Part shown: in pieces, positions 1 through 12,412 of the stretch
Layout: each line of letters starts with the position of its first letter
Numbering within the stretch: the stretch's first letter is position 1
Source of the DNA: Paragordius varius
Taxonomy: Eukaryota > Animalia > Nematomorpha
DNA: 64,000 nucleotides
NCBI GenBank assembly: GCA_964247055.1
Contig: OZ176055.1
Location: forward strand, 310,001 to 374,000
Direction: 5' to 3'
Notes under the pieces: generated by a model
Told to the model about the DNA's origin: nothing
What the model saw: only the letters and a program-made list of their open reading frames with translations
Database searches by the model: none
Translations under genes and position numbers: made by a program

Positions 1-884
1 GCCAAAAAATATTTTTCCTTTTGAAAATAACAGATATTTAATAGATTATTAAAAATTTATATTATTATTATCAAAAAAAATTTTTAATATATATTTATTT
101 TAAAATTTCAATTTTCTAATGTGCATTTGTACGATATTCTTGCCTTATATTTATAAATTAAAATTTTTTATCACAAATTTGTGTTAGCTAGAACATGACA
201 GCAATTTTGATATGAAATTAAAAAAAAATAAAAATAAAATTCCCTGGTTTTTTGAGAAAATTTGAGGAGCCAATATATTCTCAAAACCAAAATACGAATA
301 GAGTATATGGAAGGTTGTAAAAAAATTTTATCAACCAATGCAATTTTTAGATCCCTGGAGATTGCTGTGTTTATTTTTTTACGTGTCAGAAGTCTTAAAA
401 TGATTCGTGCATGCTTATTGAATTTCATATTTTTTCACATTATTCCACTAATTATTTTTCACTAATATTTTTCGAGAAAAAAAAATGTATACATAATAAT
501 AAAATTAATTTTGTAATTAATATTCATTTTTTTTTCTCGTTCGAAAAGGTCAGTTTCTTGGTCGTTTAGTTATCTCTATATTTTTTTCTTAGATTCATCT
601 TACTTTATATAAAAGTTTTTTTGCCAAACACATATATGCTAAAACAAAATGGTAATTAAACTAAAAGCAACCACACCACTATAGTTTTTAATTAGCAAAT
701 GTGTGCTTTTCAAAAATATTATTATACTTATGTATGTATATTATCTTTTAATAGAAGTTAACTACCTTAACTGGATCTGCTAAAATTTTATATTGGACTT
801 GAGTGGACTATATTAAAATAGTGTTATAACCCCATTTTTGCAAAACACCGGTCAAATAGGCGGATAAAACATGGTTAAACATTA

Positions 885-1162
885 TATATTATAATTATGC
901 GGACAAAACGTAAAAATATAACGACAAATATTTTTTTCTAAAAGACAACCATACTTTTTATACCTTAATTTTCTTAAATATATATCAGTGTTTAAAATGA
1001 TAAAGTAGGGAATAGAGATGAACATTGGTAACACAATCAGTTAAAAAAGTATGTAATTTAATAATTTAAATAAATTAAGGTTTAAAAAAATTATGGTTGT
1101 CTTTTTAAAAAAATTTGTCTTTATAATTTTACGCTTGTTCGGTATAACTTCAATTTTCACTG
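885..1162. mobile_element. MITE family A (Tc1/mariner-like, ~280-bp, CAGTAAAAATTG TIR), degenerate left end
   Basis: Left arm ATTATGCGGACAAAACGTAAAAATATAACGACAAATA pairs with right arm ending CAATTTTCACTG-TA. Same family as the clean copy at 51551-51840. Confidence 0.7.
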
Positions 1163-2569
1163 TATATGAGATTGTGCAATTTAGATTAGAAGGATAATCG
1201 TTTGTTAAATTATGAATGATTGTTCAAGAATATAAAAAATACTAAATAAGGTTTATAATCACTATAAATTCCCATTTTATAATTTTTGTCTATACTATCC
1301 TTTTATTTACTATGTGTATAAAAATGATAACCAATATTCAATAAGGAATAAATACAATGCGATATTTTTATTTATTTAAATAAGACTTTAAACAAATATA
1401 ATATACAAAACTGCTGCTTACAAAATCGGGTCTATTAATGTAATATAAATATTAAGCTGAGACAAAAATATAATGATACTCTTAGTTTTAAAAACTTAGG
1501 AGTGATATAAGAAAGTATCTGCATTTTAGTGCTAATTGTTCATATCAAATGATGGCAAAATAGCGCATAGTCATTTTTTTTGGTGAAAGCTTAATTCGTC
1601 ATTCCAAAATATATCATTTTGATAAACTTTCTTTTTTTAAAAAAAAGCTTACTTTTCTTAAAATAAAAGTTTTGGTAAAATTTTTTAAATTGTAATTTAT
1701 GGTAGATCGAAAGGGGTTTAATGTTTTAAGATGTTTTGAAAAGACTATAGATAATTTTAAAATGCCGAATATTTTTATCCCATTAGATTTGGGATCAAAA
1801 AAGTAGATTACTTTGGAATTAAGGTAAATTGTAAAAAAAATAATATCAATCTGAAGGCAAACTAAACTTTTAATCAGAACTTTTAGGTTATAAAAACAAC
1901 ATAACCGATATAAGAAAGGTGATTATATAATATATTAAAACGATTTTATACCGTTTTTACTATGGTTTAGAACACCATGAAGTACGAGACAAAATGCCAA
2001 AATTTTAATTTTAAAAAAAAAATGTATTTTCTAAATAAAAATTCTCAACTAGCAGATACCAAGAATAATTTTGCGCGCTATTTTTCGCTTATTTATAGAG
2101 TAAGTTAATTCGTGCCAAAAAATTTTTGGAGCCTACTTATGGTTTAATTAAATACTGTTTTTTACCAGTTTTTAATATATTAAATTTTTTTATAATAAAG
2201 CCTGTACCTGCTAACAATAAAATTTATTTGATATAATTGCTAGTTTTGCGATTATATAACTACCACAAATGTGCAAATAACTTTTCTATATAACGTATCC
2301 ACAAAAAACCACTATTTTTTTATATCAGATTTCAAGATGTTTCCTTGTGTGCTGTATATTTATATTGCGCTCATTGTAAAAAAAGCTAAAATATGGAAAA
2401 CAAGGAAATTAAGTTTATCATAAATTATTCAACTGTTGATTTTACAAAATATTAGGGTGTTGGAATTTTTATAATTTTGCAAATAAAGTATTCTATATAA
2501 CAAAATCCCTAAAGATGCCCAATTCGAAATTAGTTTTTATAAATTTTACATAGGATAACTTTATTGCGC

Positions 2570-3610
2570 ATGTCATCAGGGATCAAAAATTTTAAGTTTG
2601 AAAAATTATGCGAAAACTCAAAATATATAATACCTAAACGCCTTTCGTTTCAACATGTAATCTATTTATTTCATTTGTTTAGGAAAACAAACATGTAATT
2701 TGGGATTATATTGTTTCACATGATAGGTAAAAAATATTTCTGATTATAGCGTTCAAATTATTTTGTATAATACGGATCGGAATGTCTTAATATTTGTCAA
2801 ACAATTTAGACCAGGTTTTTTGTCGTTTGTTAAAACAAACATAAAATAGCTGTTTACGCACATATGTTGGAACATTCGCGATCAAAAAACTTACCTGACC
2901 CCTCGTTTGAAATGGCAAATGCAATTGAATTATGTGCGGGTTTGATTGATTCAGACCTTAGTCCTGAGGGGATTGCTGTGCAGGAGATAAGAGAGGAAGT
3001 CGGTTACGAAGTTCAGGAAAATCAACTGACTTTTGTCAACAATTTTCGGTAAAAATTGATTTTATACCAGTTTTTAAGGACCATACGTGTAATCTTAAAG
3101 GCAAATATTTTTTTCTTTTTAACCCAAACTTTTTTCTGCTACTCCTTAATAAAAACAATTGTAAACTAGTGTGATTCAATGTGTTGTTAATTTATATATC
3201 TCTTCCATATTCCACCAAAACAATAAGTTAAAAAATATCCTTTAAAGTATGATGCGCTGTTTTTGTAAAAATATTTGTCCCTTAATATTTACGTATTTAT
3301 ACCTTTCTAACTTCAATTTGTCTTTTTGTATAGAGCCGGGGTCGGTATAAATGGAGCTAAATCCTACATTTTTTATGCCGAAGTTACAGACGAACAGAAA
3401 AAGTTCCCTGGTGGTGGTTTAGAAGACGAATTTATTGAAGTGATTGAAATGTCACCAAGCCAAGCAGAAAAATATTTTTTGTTAAAAGAAGAACCAATAA
3501 CTAACAATTGCAATATCAACATATTTGAGAAGGAAATACCAACCACGTCGAGTCTTTTATTTGGTGTTCTTTGGTTTTTAAACTATAAATTTAAAAAAGC
3601 AAAAGATTAG
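2570..3610 (+). CDS. NUDT14: Nudix hydrolase 14 (UDP-glucose pyrophosphatase), 5 exons, 223 aa
   Basis: Exons 2570-2656, 2683-2726, 2750-2814, 2850-3048, 3334-3610, all GT-AG, total 672 nt in frame. The protein has WDYIVSHDSVQIILYN, FVKQFRPAVY, ELCAGLID, Nudix-box EIREEVGY, FYAEVTDEQKKFPGGG, EFIEVIE and LFGVLWF, which match NUDT14 family motifs. The start ATG is the first in-frame ATG after an acceptor-like TAG at 2551-2553; an upstream exon is not excluded. Confidence 0.92.
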
Positions 3611-3841
3611 TTTTTAAACCAGGGGTGACCAACTCGTGGCGCTGCGCGGGTCTTATGCCATCCCTTGAAATATATATACTTAGCTCGCGAGAAAAAATTT
3701 AAAATTCCAAATATAAAATTTTATGATCAAAAAAACTGCTATTTACGACAAAATCTAACTAAAATTAATGATGCTTAAACAAAATGTCTGAATAAGTCTT
3801 TCCAAATTTTGGTAGGAAACTTGCAAAAATTTTGTTATATA

Positions 3842-4080
3842 GAGTAAAAATTGAAATACGGACAAAACGTAAAAATATCAAGACAATTTTTTTTCGAGAG
3901 ACATCCATACTTTTTAAATAATCTACACCATAAAAGTTATTTTATTGCAATCGTAAAATACATTATATCACTATTTTATACTTTGAAGTTTTAAACAATC
4001 AGTTATATTTAGAAAAATAAAGATTTTTAAAAGTTTAATGGTTGTCTTTTAAACTCTTGTGCATTGTTTTTTTACTCTCA
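3842..4080. mobile_element. MITE family A copy, right TIR truncated
   Basis: GAGTAAAAATTGAAATACGGACAAAACGTAAAAATATCAAGACAA left arm, with the family internal sequence following. Confidence 0.65.
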
Positions 4081-4299
4081 GACGAAATTCAACTAATGCT
4101 CTGTTAATAAATTTATAAATTTTTAAAATACAACATAAAAAACCGTATTTTTTTAAAATTCTAAATCTCATTAAATTAAAATAAAATATATGTGTTTTAG
4201 TTTTATAATATATTTGTATTATGTGTGATACAGTCATGTTAAAATTATGATAAAAATAAATTATTTATTTTATACTATCCTATATTACATATTATATTA

Positions 4300-4554
4300 C
4301 CATTTACCTTAATTACGCCCCTTAAACATTTCACACCCTAAACATTTTAAAATCATTCTAAAATAAATTGTATGTTTTTCTATGTCAAAAAAAACCTTTA
4401 ATTTTTTATCCTAGTTTAATGTTTGAAATTATTATTATACAGAAAAATTAGGAGATATTCCTTGATAAATAATGCGTTTAATTAGCCCCAAAACTCATAA
4501 ATAATTTTTAGGGTAAATTTGAATTGTTCCAGTGTGAATTTAAAATGTAAATGG
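4300..4554. mobile_element. Foldback MITE family B (21-bp minisatellite TIRs), degenerate copy
   Basis: TA-CCATTTAC start and GTAAATGG-TA end. Internal TAATGCGTTTAATTAGCCCCAAAACTCATA is similar to the core of the other family B copies. Confidence 0.6.
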
Positions 4555-4730
4555 TATTTATATATGTATGATATATAAATTAAAATATTTATTTTAAATG
4601 TTATAATTGAGTAATCTTTTCGCTACGTGGCGTTCAATTTTCTATTAAATATTTGTGGTAATTTTACGGTACATCTTATGATAATATTCCTAAGAATGTT
4701 AAAATAAAATATTTATAATTTTTTAGGTAA

Positions 4731-6500
4731 CTAGTGCAAATCTCGTGCTGCTACGCCGCCCGAGGAAGTCCTTCGGACTTTTTTTTTGGGGGGGGGGGGC
4801 TATTTGAAAAAAAATAAAATGATCCATTATGTTGGCTATGATCACATAGGATTTTCAAAACGACGGTGCATTCATACTAATATATTGTTTACTGGTGTAA
4901 AGGCCCCAAATTGACGGCTAACGGAAAAAACCGCTATACTAAAATTTTTACCTTTTTATGGGTAATATTTAAAGCCTTTAATGAACTCGTATGGCTTCTT
5001 AAGTTTTTTGAAAATTAGCTCCAAAGCCACGCAATTTTTGTATGGCGTCTCAGTTTTAAACCGGTAGACCCCTACCCATAGTCCTACATGGAAAAAGCGC
5101 TAAGTTAAATTTTGCTTTATAGGGAAAATATTTGGAATAATCTTTGAGACCTTCGTCTCATGGATTCGAAAAAATACCTCAACACTAAATTATCGTTATA
5201 TAATGGCGTATTTTTAGGGCATAAAGGCCCCAAATTAACGGCTAATAAAAAAGGGCATGACCTTAATTTTTACCTAGTTACGGTTAATATTTCGAACTTT
5301 AAATAGGCTAATATGGCATATTTAAATTAGTTCCAAAAGAACGCAATTTCTTTATAGTGGCATTAGCGGGTAGCTTCTTATTCAGAGGCAGGTATAAAAA
5401 AGCGCTGGGCAAAATTTTTTGGGGAATATCTGGAGTTTTAATGTCCATATGTTCCTATAAGTTCTTGGAAATATACCTTTAAAACCAAAAAATTGTTCTA
5501 TGGCGGCGAATCTTTCAGGGCGTTAAACATTTATTAGCGACTCATTGAATAACCCCCTATACTACACCCATTAATTTTTTAGGGATAACAAATATTTTAG
5601 GCCCTTATTGAACTCATATGACCTGATTTCTGAAAATTAACTCCTAAACAACGCAATTTTGATATGGTGGCGCAGTTTAAGGCAGGTCCAAGGCCAACAT
5701 AAAAATGTAATTTGATAAAAAAATGTGCCTTAATACGGGACTACCTGGAATTATCAGTCATTCCATATGTTCTCTATAGTTTATGGAAGAATGGCTTTAT
5801 AACTAAATAATATTTCAATGATAGCGCATTTTTTAGAGCGTAAAGGGCCTTTTTAACCGCTAATTTTAAAAATTCGCTTGACTTAAATTTTTGACTTTTT
5901 ACGGGTGATATTTTAAGCATGTATTGAAGTCATATGGTCTGATAAATTTTCTAATATTTAGCCCTAAAGGCACACCTATTCGATATGGCGGATCAGTTTT
6001 TAGCGGGTAGCTTCTTACCTGGCAGCCAATATAAAATAAACGCACGATTAAAGTCTTTGCCTCTTAACAGGGAATACCTGAAATCCTTATTTAATTTTTA
6101 CGGTCTCATACTTTGGGCGAAAAATATATTTAAAAAATTATTTTTGTGGATTTGAAAGTGGCATTTTACGGGGGGAGCGGGTAAAAAGAGGGCCTAAATT
6201 AAAACAAGCGAGCCGACTATTCGGCGCAATCGAAAATAAGTAAAAAAATCATATTTAAAATCTAATAATCCAACACGTTTTCGGTAAAATTGTCCCAAAG
6301 AGACGATTTTTGTGGACTTTGTTTTCTAAAAAAATTTAAGGGCTGGGTTCGAAATGGGGACCCAATTCAAAAAAGAGCGAAGCTATTGTTGGGGCATTTA
6401 TTAATGATTAAATTTTTTCGACATTTGGATTTAAATGGATCTACCGTTTTCCGGAAACAGATCACAAAGTCAGCATTTTCCATTTTTATAAATAAATTGA
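4731..6500 (-). mobile_element. Non-autonomous Helitron, family H copy 1 (1.77 kb)
   Basis: On the minus strand it starts A|TC at 6500 and ends CGTAGCAGCACGAGATTTGCACTAG|T at 4731. This gives the canonical TC start, subterminal hairpin, CTAG end and A|T insertion site. The body carries 4-5 diverged ~300-345-bp subrepeats (AAGGCCCCAAATTAACGGCTAA motif near 4900, 5223, 5518, 5843, 6189). No Rep/helicase ORF. Confidence 0.8.
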
Positions 6501-8730
6501 TTACTCGAAAAAATGTGGATCAAATTATTTTTCAGCTTTGTTTAGTTTAGTTGCACAGTTAGTCGTTGGAGCTACCTTTAAACACCTAAAAAGACATGAT
6601 TGCGTATGTTTTAATGCAAGAATATATAGCATCACACATGGCTAGTTTCCAAAAATCATATATAGTATATTAATATGTCGGAAACGGTATACTTTGGAAG
6701 TAAAAGCGCATACTATATATCGTTACAGATTTATCAACTATTTGTTAATTGAAATTTCGCACAACAAATCTTTTTAAGAGTATGTATGTATGTGCATTGT
6801 AATTGGATTTTGTCTTACAAATATCTAAAGTTAATTAAATAATTACTCCATTTGCATTAACAAATGTATTTTTATTTATTAATCTATTTTTTACTTGTTT
6901 GGAAAAATTTTGATTGATTAAACTTGATTAACGTTTCATACCTTTTCACTTTTGGATATGTCGGCTACATATTGGGTTATTTGCGATCCCAAATATTAAA
7001 ATATGTATTATGATATCTATTTTTATTAAAGTATGGATATTTAACTCGACTCTATTAAATTAAAAACACCTACATACCTAATCTATCTCCTCAATCAAAG
7101 GGTTGAATTTTAAAATCATAAATATCAATACTGTCAAAATTACAAAAGCATTTTAAAGTATTTAATTTTATAACATAATATTCAGACCCGTTTAAAAATG
7201 GCAACAAAAGCTTGTAATAAAGTTTTTAACTTTCAAATTTTCTTCACACTTCCTTTTGGGGTATTTTTATATTTAAGGACCATTTACAATTTAATATATA
7301 TTTTTTGGGCTTAAGTCAAAATGCTTTCTTTGGCCTTTTCTAAAATAATAAATTGTAAAAACTCTCAAACTTTTGGCCACTTTTTTTTATTATGAATACA
7401 AGAGAGAAAATATATGTTGGTTGTAGTTAAAAATATAAATAATTAACTTTAAAAGCTACTACAAGCAACAGCAAATTTGCTAATTGAATATAATATCAGC
7501 TGTCTGCTCATATACTCTTTTAGATCTAACTGTATTTGAAACTTTAAAAGTCAAAAACAATATTAGATTTTCATCATTGATTAATAAAAAGAAGTTCGAT
7601 AATCAAGCTTAAGCCAAAATAGTTTTTAAAACAGGAATTTGTTTTAAGATATGGGGAAAAAAATCCCCCCAAAAGAAAAAAATAAGTTTTATAACTCAGC
7701 TAAGTATAGAATGTAATTCGAATTACATTTACGATCGTTTTGAAATTCTTCCCCAAAAATAAAGTGTTAATACTTAAGCTTAAACGCACCATGATTAATA
7801 AATTTTATGGATTCTTTATAACTATCGGGTTTGATGTAAATTTATTGGCATAATTCATTTCAAATGTTATGTTTGGCGGTAGGCTAGGAGAACATTTAAT
7901 CTAAATAATTTTTTTAAAAATCAAAATGCAAAATTTATCTTATTATTAACACTTTAATTCAAATTAGGGTAGATTACCCCAGACTATATTTAAGTAATAA
8001 AAATTATATAAAAAGCAGAAATATCTATATAGAATTTGGTTTTTAAAAACAGGTCCACATCAAAGTGCTTAGACTCCATTTTTATTTTACAATACTTTTT
8101 CAAAATATCGTGTTTTTTAAAGCAAAAATAAGAGCTAATTATTTATTTTATCGCATCTAACATTGATAGATACAGAAAAAGTGGTTTATTTTGTAATATT
8201 ATTAAGTTTAGCAAATGCACACATGTTATGTTGACATTTTTACCTTGATACCTAAAAATAATTAATATCAAGTATTTTTCAGTGAAATCTTTTATATGTT
8301 TCGGTTTATTAATGTTATAATTGTTCAAACTTTTGCCATGGTATCAATTTATTCCAGTTTTGAATTTCTTAATTTAAAACAGGCCTGGGGTATCAAACTA
8401 CCCCAATTTGAATCAAAGGATAAAAGTTGTGTTGCATCCAAATTTTAAATAAAGTTCCTTAGTTTCAGCATAATTTATCTCAAGATATTACTTCAAAAAG
8501 TATGGAGATATTGCATTATAAAATTCAATCTGAATCTCAAATTGATACCACTTTTTAACAACAAAAATATAAATATATAACCAATTATTTTAGTTACTAA
8601 GGCCCGAACGATTATATATAACTAATATGTACAAAATTGGTCTTTTCCTTTTTATAAAAGTTTACTTATAATAAAATATAAAAATCATATGTGAATTCTG
8701 ATTTGGTTGTCGCAGATTTGAACGCTTCAT

Positions 8731-11700
8731 ATGGAAGATTTGTACTATTACGCTGAAAAGACTGTCACCAATTGTTTAGGACACAATGATAAGGCTATTA
8801 CTAAATGTTTAATCAACTGCCTTGATGATGGTTTGGATAAAGCTCAAACTACAAGTTTAATCTTTTTTGCTAAATACCATAGAAAAGTTAACTGCCTTAA
8901 CCAATGAAAGTGTGGCCTCAAATATAACCAGCAAACTATTTAACATGATGAGCAAATCAGACGGAGACGTTAAACGAGTAAAGATGGATTCAAATCCTAT
9001 CCCAACTTCAGCCGTACTAAATGAGGCACAAATCAAAGAAATGATGGCAAATGCTCAACGTATGATTGAAGCCCGCAAAAAACAATTGAATTTGGCACAA
9101 TCAGGGGCCCTAATCTCTAAAACTAATGCTTCCTTTAACAAATCATCATCGTCTGCCGTTCCTGTCCCAGGAAATGAAACAGCTGTTAAAGCCGCAGAAT
9201 TGCATGCCCGTATTCAAGCAGCCCTTGCCGCAAATCCCCAACTCAATTCAGCCAATCAGTCTAAACCGACACCACTCTTGATTGATGAGCTAGGACGCAC
9301 AATTGATTCCACGGGGAAAACTATTCAGATCCCTCAACCTATGCCAACACTTAAGGTTTTTGCTGTTCATTCTTTTTTATTTCTTAATAGATTCTTTGAC
9401 CCATTTTATGTTAAATAATAATATTCGAGTTTGTTCGTAAGAATTTTGTTTTTCTTTTTCATTCTGTTTTTTAAACGAGTTTTAATGATGCATACTTAGC
9501 TCTTTATTAAGTGGTTTGCTTTTAAAGCATATATATATCTTTGTGGGTTGGCATATTTTAAGTTATGTTTGGGTATATATAATTAAACATTTGTACATTA
9601 ATTATCAACGCTTAGTAAAATTTTCCATGCTTTAAAAAACGAACTAAAATCAACCTATTTGTGAATTTTAGACAAATGTTCTTAATTTAGGCAAATATCC
9701 GAGCACGTAAACGTGAAGAATTTACAGCAGCGCTGAAAGATCGAACCGTGGGTGATCAAAAACAATCAGCTGTTTCCTCTTCTCAATCAGCTGTTACGAA
9801 CACTTCTGTGCCAAATCGGTTTTATGATCCTCGCCTAGATTCCATCACCCACCCGGCGGCCCGAAACACATCAGCTGTTGTGAAGAGAGCTTTTAAGTTC
9901 CACGAGAAAGGAAAGTACGAACAAATGGCTCAAAAGTTGAGAGCTAAAGTAAGTTTTAGGTCAATTATTTGATGTGGAATGTGGATAAATGAATTGATTA
10001 GATTATGAGGTTACGGTTAGGTTTTATAAGAAATTTGCGCAAAAAATGTAAAGAATCGGCTGATTATATTAGTTGTTTTTTTGAAATTTCATTTTTTGGA
10101 ATTTAAAAATTTAGTTACAACAGACCAAATTTTAATCGGTAATAATAAGTCAATATATATATTCACAATATAGTCGTTTATTCCCCATTTAGGCCAGGCT
10201 AGAACAGCTGCAAAATGAAATATCTCAAGCTGTTAAGCGGACGGGCATAATATCAGCTGCGAAATTGGCGCTTATTGTGCCCAAAAAAGATCCTGGATCC
10301 ACCAAAGACATTCCAGCTTGTGAATGGTGGGATTCGTGTCTTCTTAAGGATTCCAAGTAATTAACGTTCTTTCATATGAGTTTATGAACGAATGCGTTTC
10401 ATGTGTTGTTTACAAATCAGCTGTTTTTGCTCAATTAATTAATTTTATATGTAATATTGAAAAATGTCTTTTATATTTGCAAATCGAAAGTGTATTTTTG
10501 GATTCTCGCTTTATTTATTCTGTGTTTACAATATAAATTGAAATTATTAGAGCCAACGTAAAAATATAAAGACAAATTATTTTTAAAAATACTAAACTTA
10601 TATATTTTTTCTATCTAATTAACCAATAAACTTTTTATTGCGAAATATATAATTATTGAAATGATACCTATTTATAACTCAATTCCCTATTTAACAATAA
10701 TTCAAAACGATAATTTTTAGTTAAAAAAATAAGGTTGATAAAATGTGGTTTTTTTGTTATGATAAAAACAACAACAAAAAGCATATTAATCTTTAACTTT
10801 TTATGTTAAGTCGCGGGCGTTAAAATTTTATTTTATTACAGTAAAAATTAAAATTGACAAAACGTAAAAATATAAAGACAAATATTCCTTTTTATAAGAC
10901 AATTATACCTTTCAAATCTTGATATTTTAATGCAAAGTATATACTTAAGATATATCTTGGTTACACAATTAATTATGTATTTTGCGATTGTAATTAAATA
11001 ATTTTTATGGGATAAATAAAGGTAATAATTTAAAAAGTATGGGGTTGTGTCTTTTGAATGAAAAAGTTTTGTCCTTATATTTTTACATTTTGTCCTTTCA
11101 TATAATTTCAATTTTTACTACTATTTATCATTTAGTTATGACAATGTAACGACATTTGAAAACTTTAATTTTGGATGCCTGGACACGAAACGCATAACTA
11201 ATTTGGTTCAACATCCTATGCAAATGAAAAGACAAAGTAATATATACATCATTTACGATTCCAATTCACTCTTGAACAATTCAAAATTACAATTCAAATT
11301 CACCCTTAAATTCAAATTTACCCTTAAACAATATAAATTTTCCCTTAAATAGTTCAAATACCCCTGAGAGACAATTCAAATTCACCCTTGAACAATATAA
11401 ATTCACTCTTGATACAATTCAAATTCACCCTACAATTTAAACCTTAAACAATTTTAATTCACTCTTGATATAATTTAAATTCACCCTTGAACAATTTAAA
11501 TTTACCCTTAAACAATTCAAATTCACCCTTGAACAATTCAATATTCACCCTTGAACAATTTAAATTTATCCTTGAACAATTCAAATTCTCCCTAAAATAA
11601 ATACTATGTTTTATTACGATTACAAATTATCTCTTATTTTTTTTAATATTTTTAATAGTTGAAATTCTGTTTAAAATCTATAGAATGCTGAAAAAACAAT

Positions 11701-11991
11701 ATACAATGTCGTAAAAATTTATTTCACATTAATAATGATGAGTTATATTAGCTTCTCGAAAACACATTTTTTTAGGTTAATATGAATTGTTCAAGGGTGT
11801 ATTTGATGTGTAAATGGTATATATATATTTATATATATAGTAAAAATTAAATTTATACGGACAAAACGTAAAAATATGAAAATATGTATTTTTTCCAAGG
11901 ACAACCATATACTTGGTTAATTTTGATTTCTTTAGATATAACTCATTGTTTCGTTCGCAAAGTATTAAATAGAAATGTATATTAATAGTCC

Positions 11992-12034
<43 letters not shown>

Positions 12035-12361
12035 ATTTAAATTATTAAAAATTGAAATTATACGGACAAAACGTAAAAATATAAAGATAAATATTTTTTT
12101 TCAAACCTTAATTTATCCTATAAAAATCATTTAGTTACAATTGTTAAATACATAATTGATTGTGTTACCAATATACTAAAATAATGAGTTATATTAAAAT
12201 AAATCAAGATTTAAAAACTATGTAATTGTCTTTTAAAAAAAAATAATAGTCTCGATATTTAATATGTTGTCGTATGATTCCAATTTTTACTGTAGTTTAA
12301 TCTTGATTTCCTTATATATAACTCTTTGTTTCGATGAAATAGAAATGTGTATTGATAGCAC

Positions 12362-12412
<51 letters not shown>

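Noticed and set aside
171-465. ORFs at the window start and other 60-90 aa I/K/F/L/N-rich ORFs throughout
   Set aside because: Composition is that expected from random AT-rich DNA or MITEs, with no motifs or splice-consistent partners.
3098-3244. TTAA-flanked AGG...CCT element (Kolobok-like MITE) in NUDT14 intron 4
   Set aside because: The inverted match is only about 12 low-complexity bases and no second copy was confirmed.
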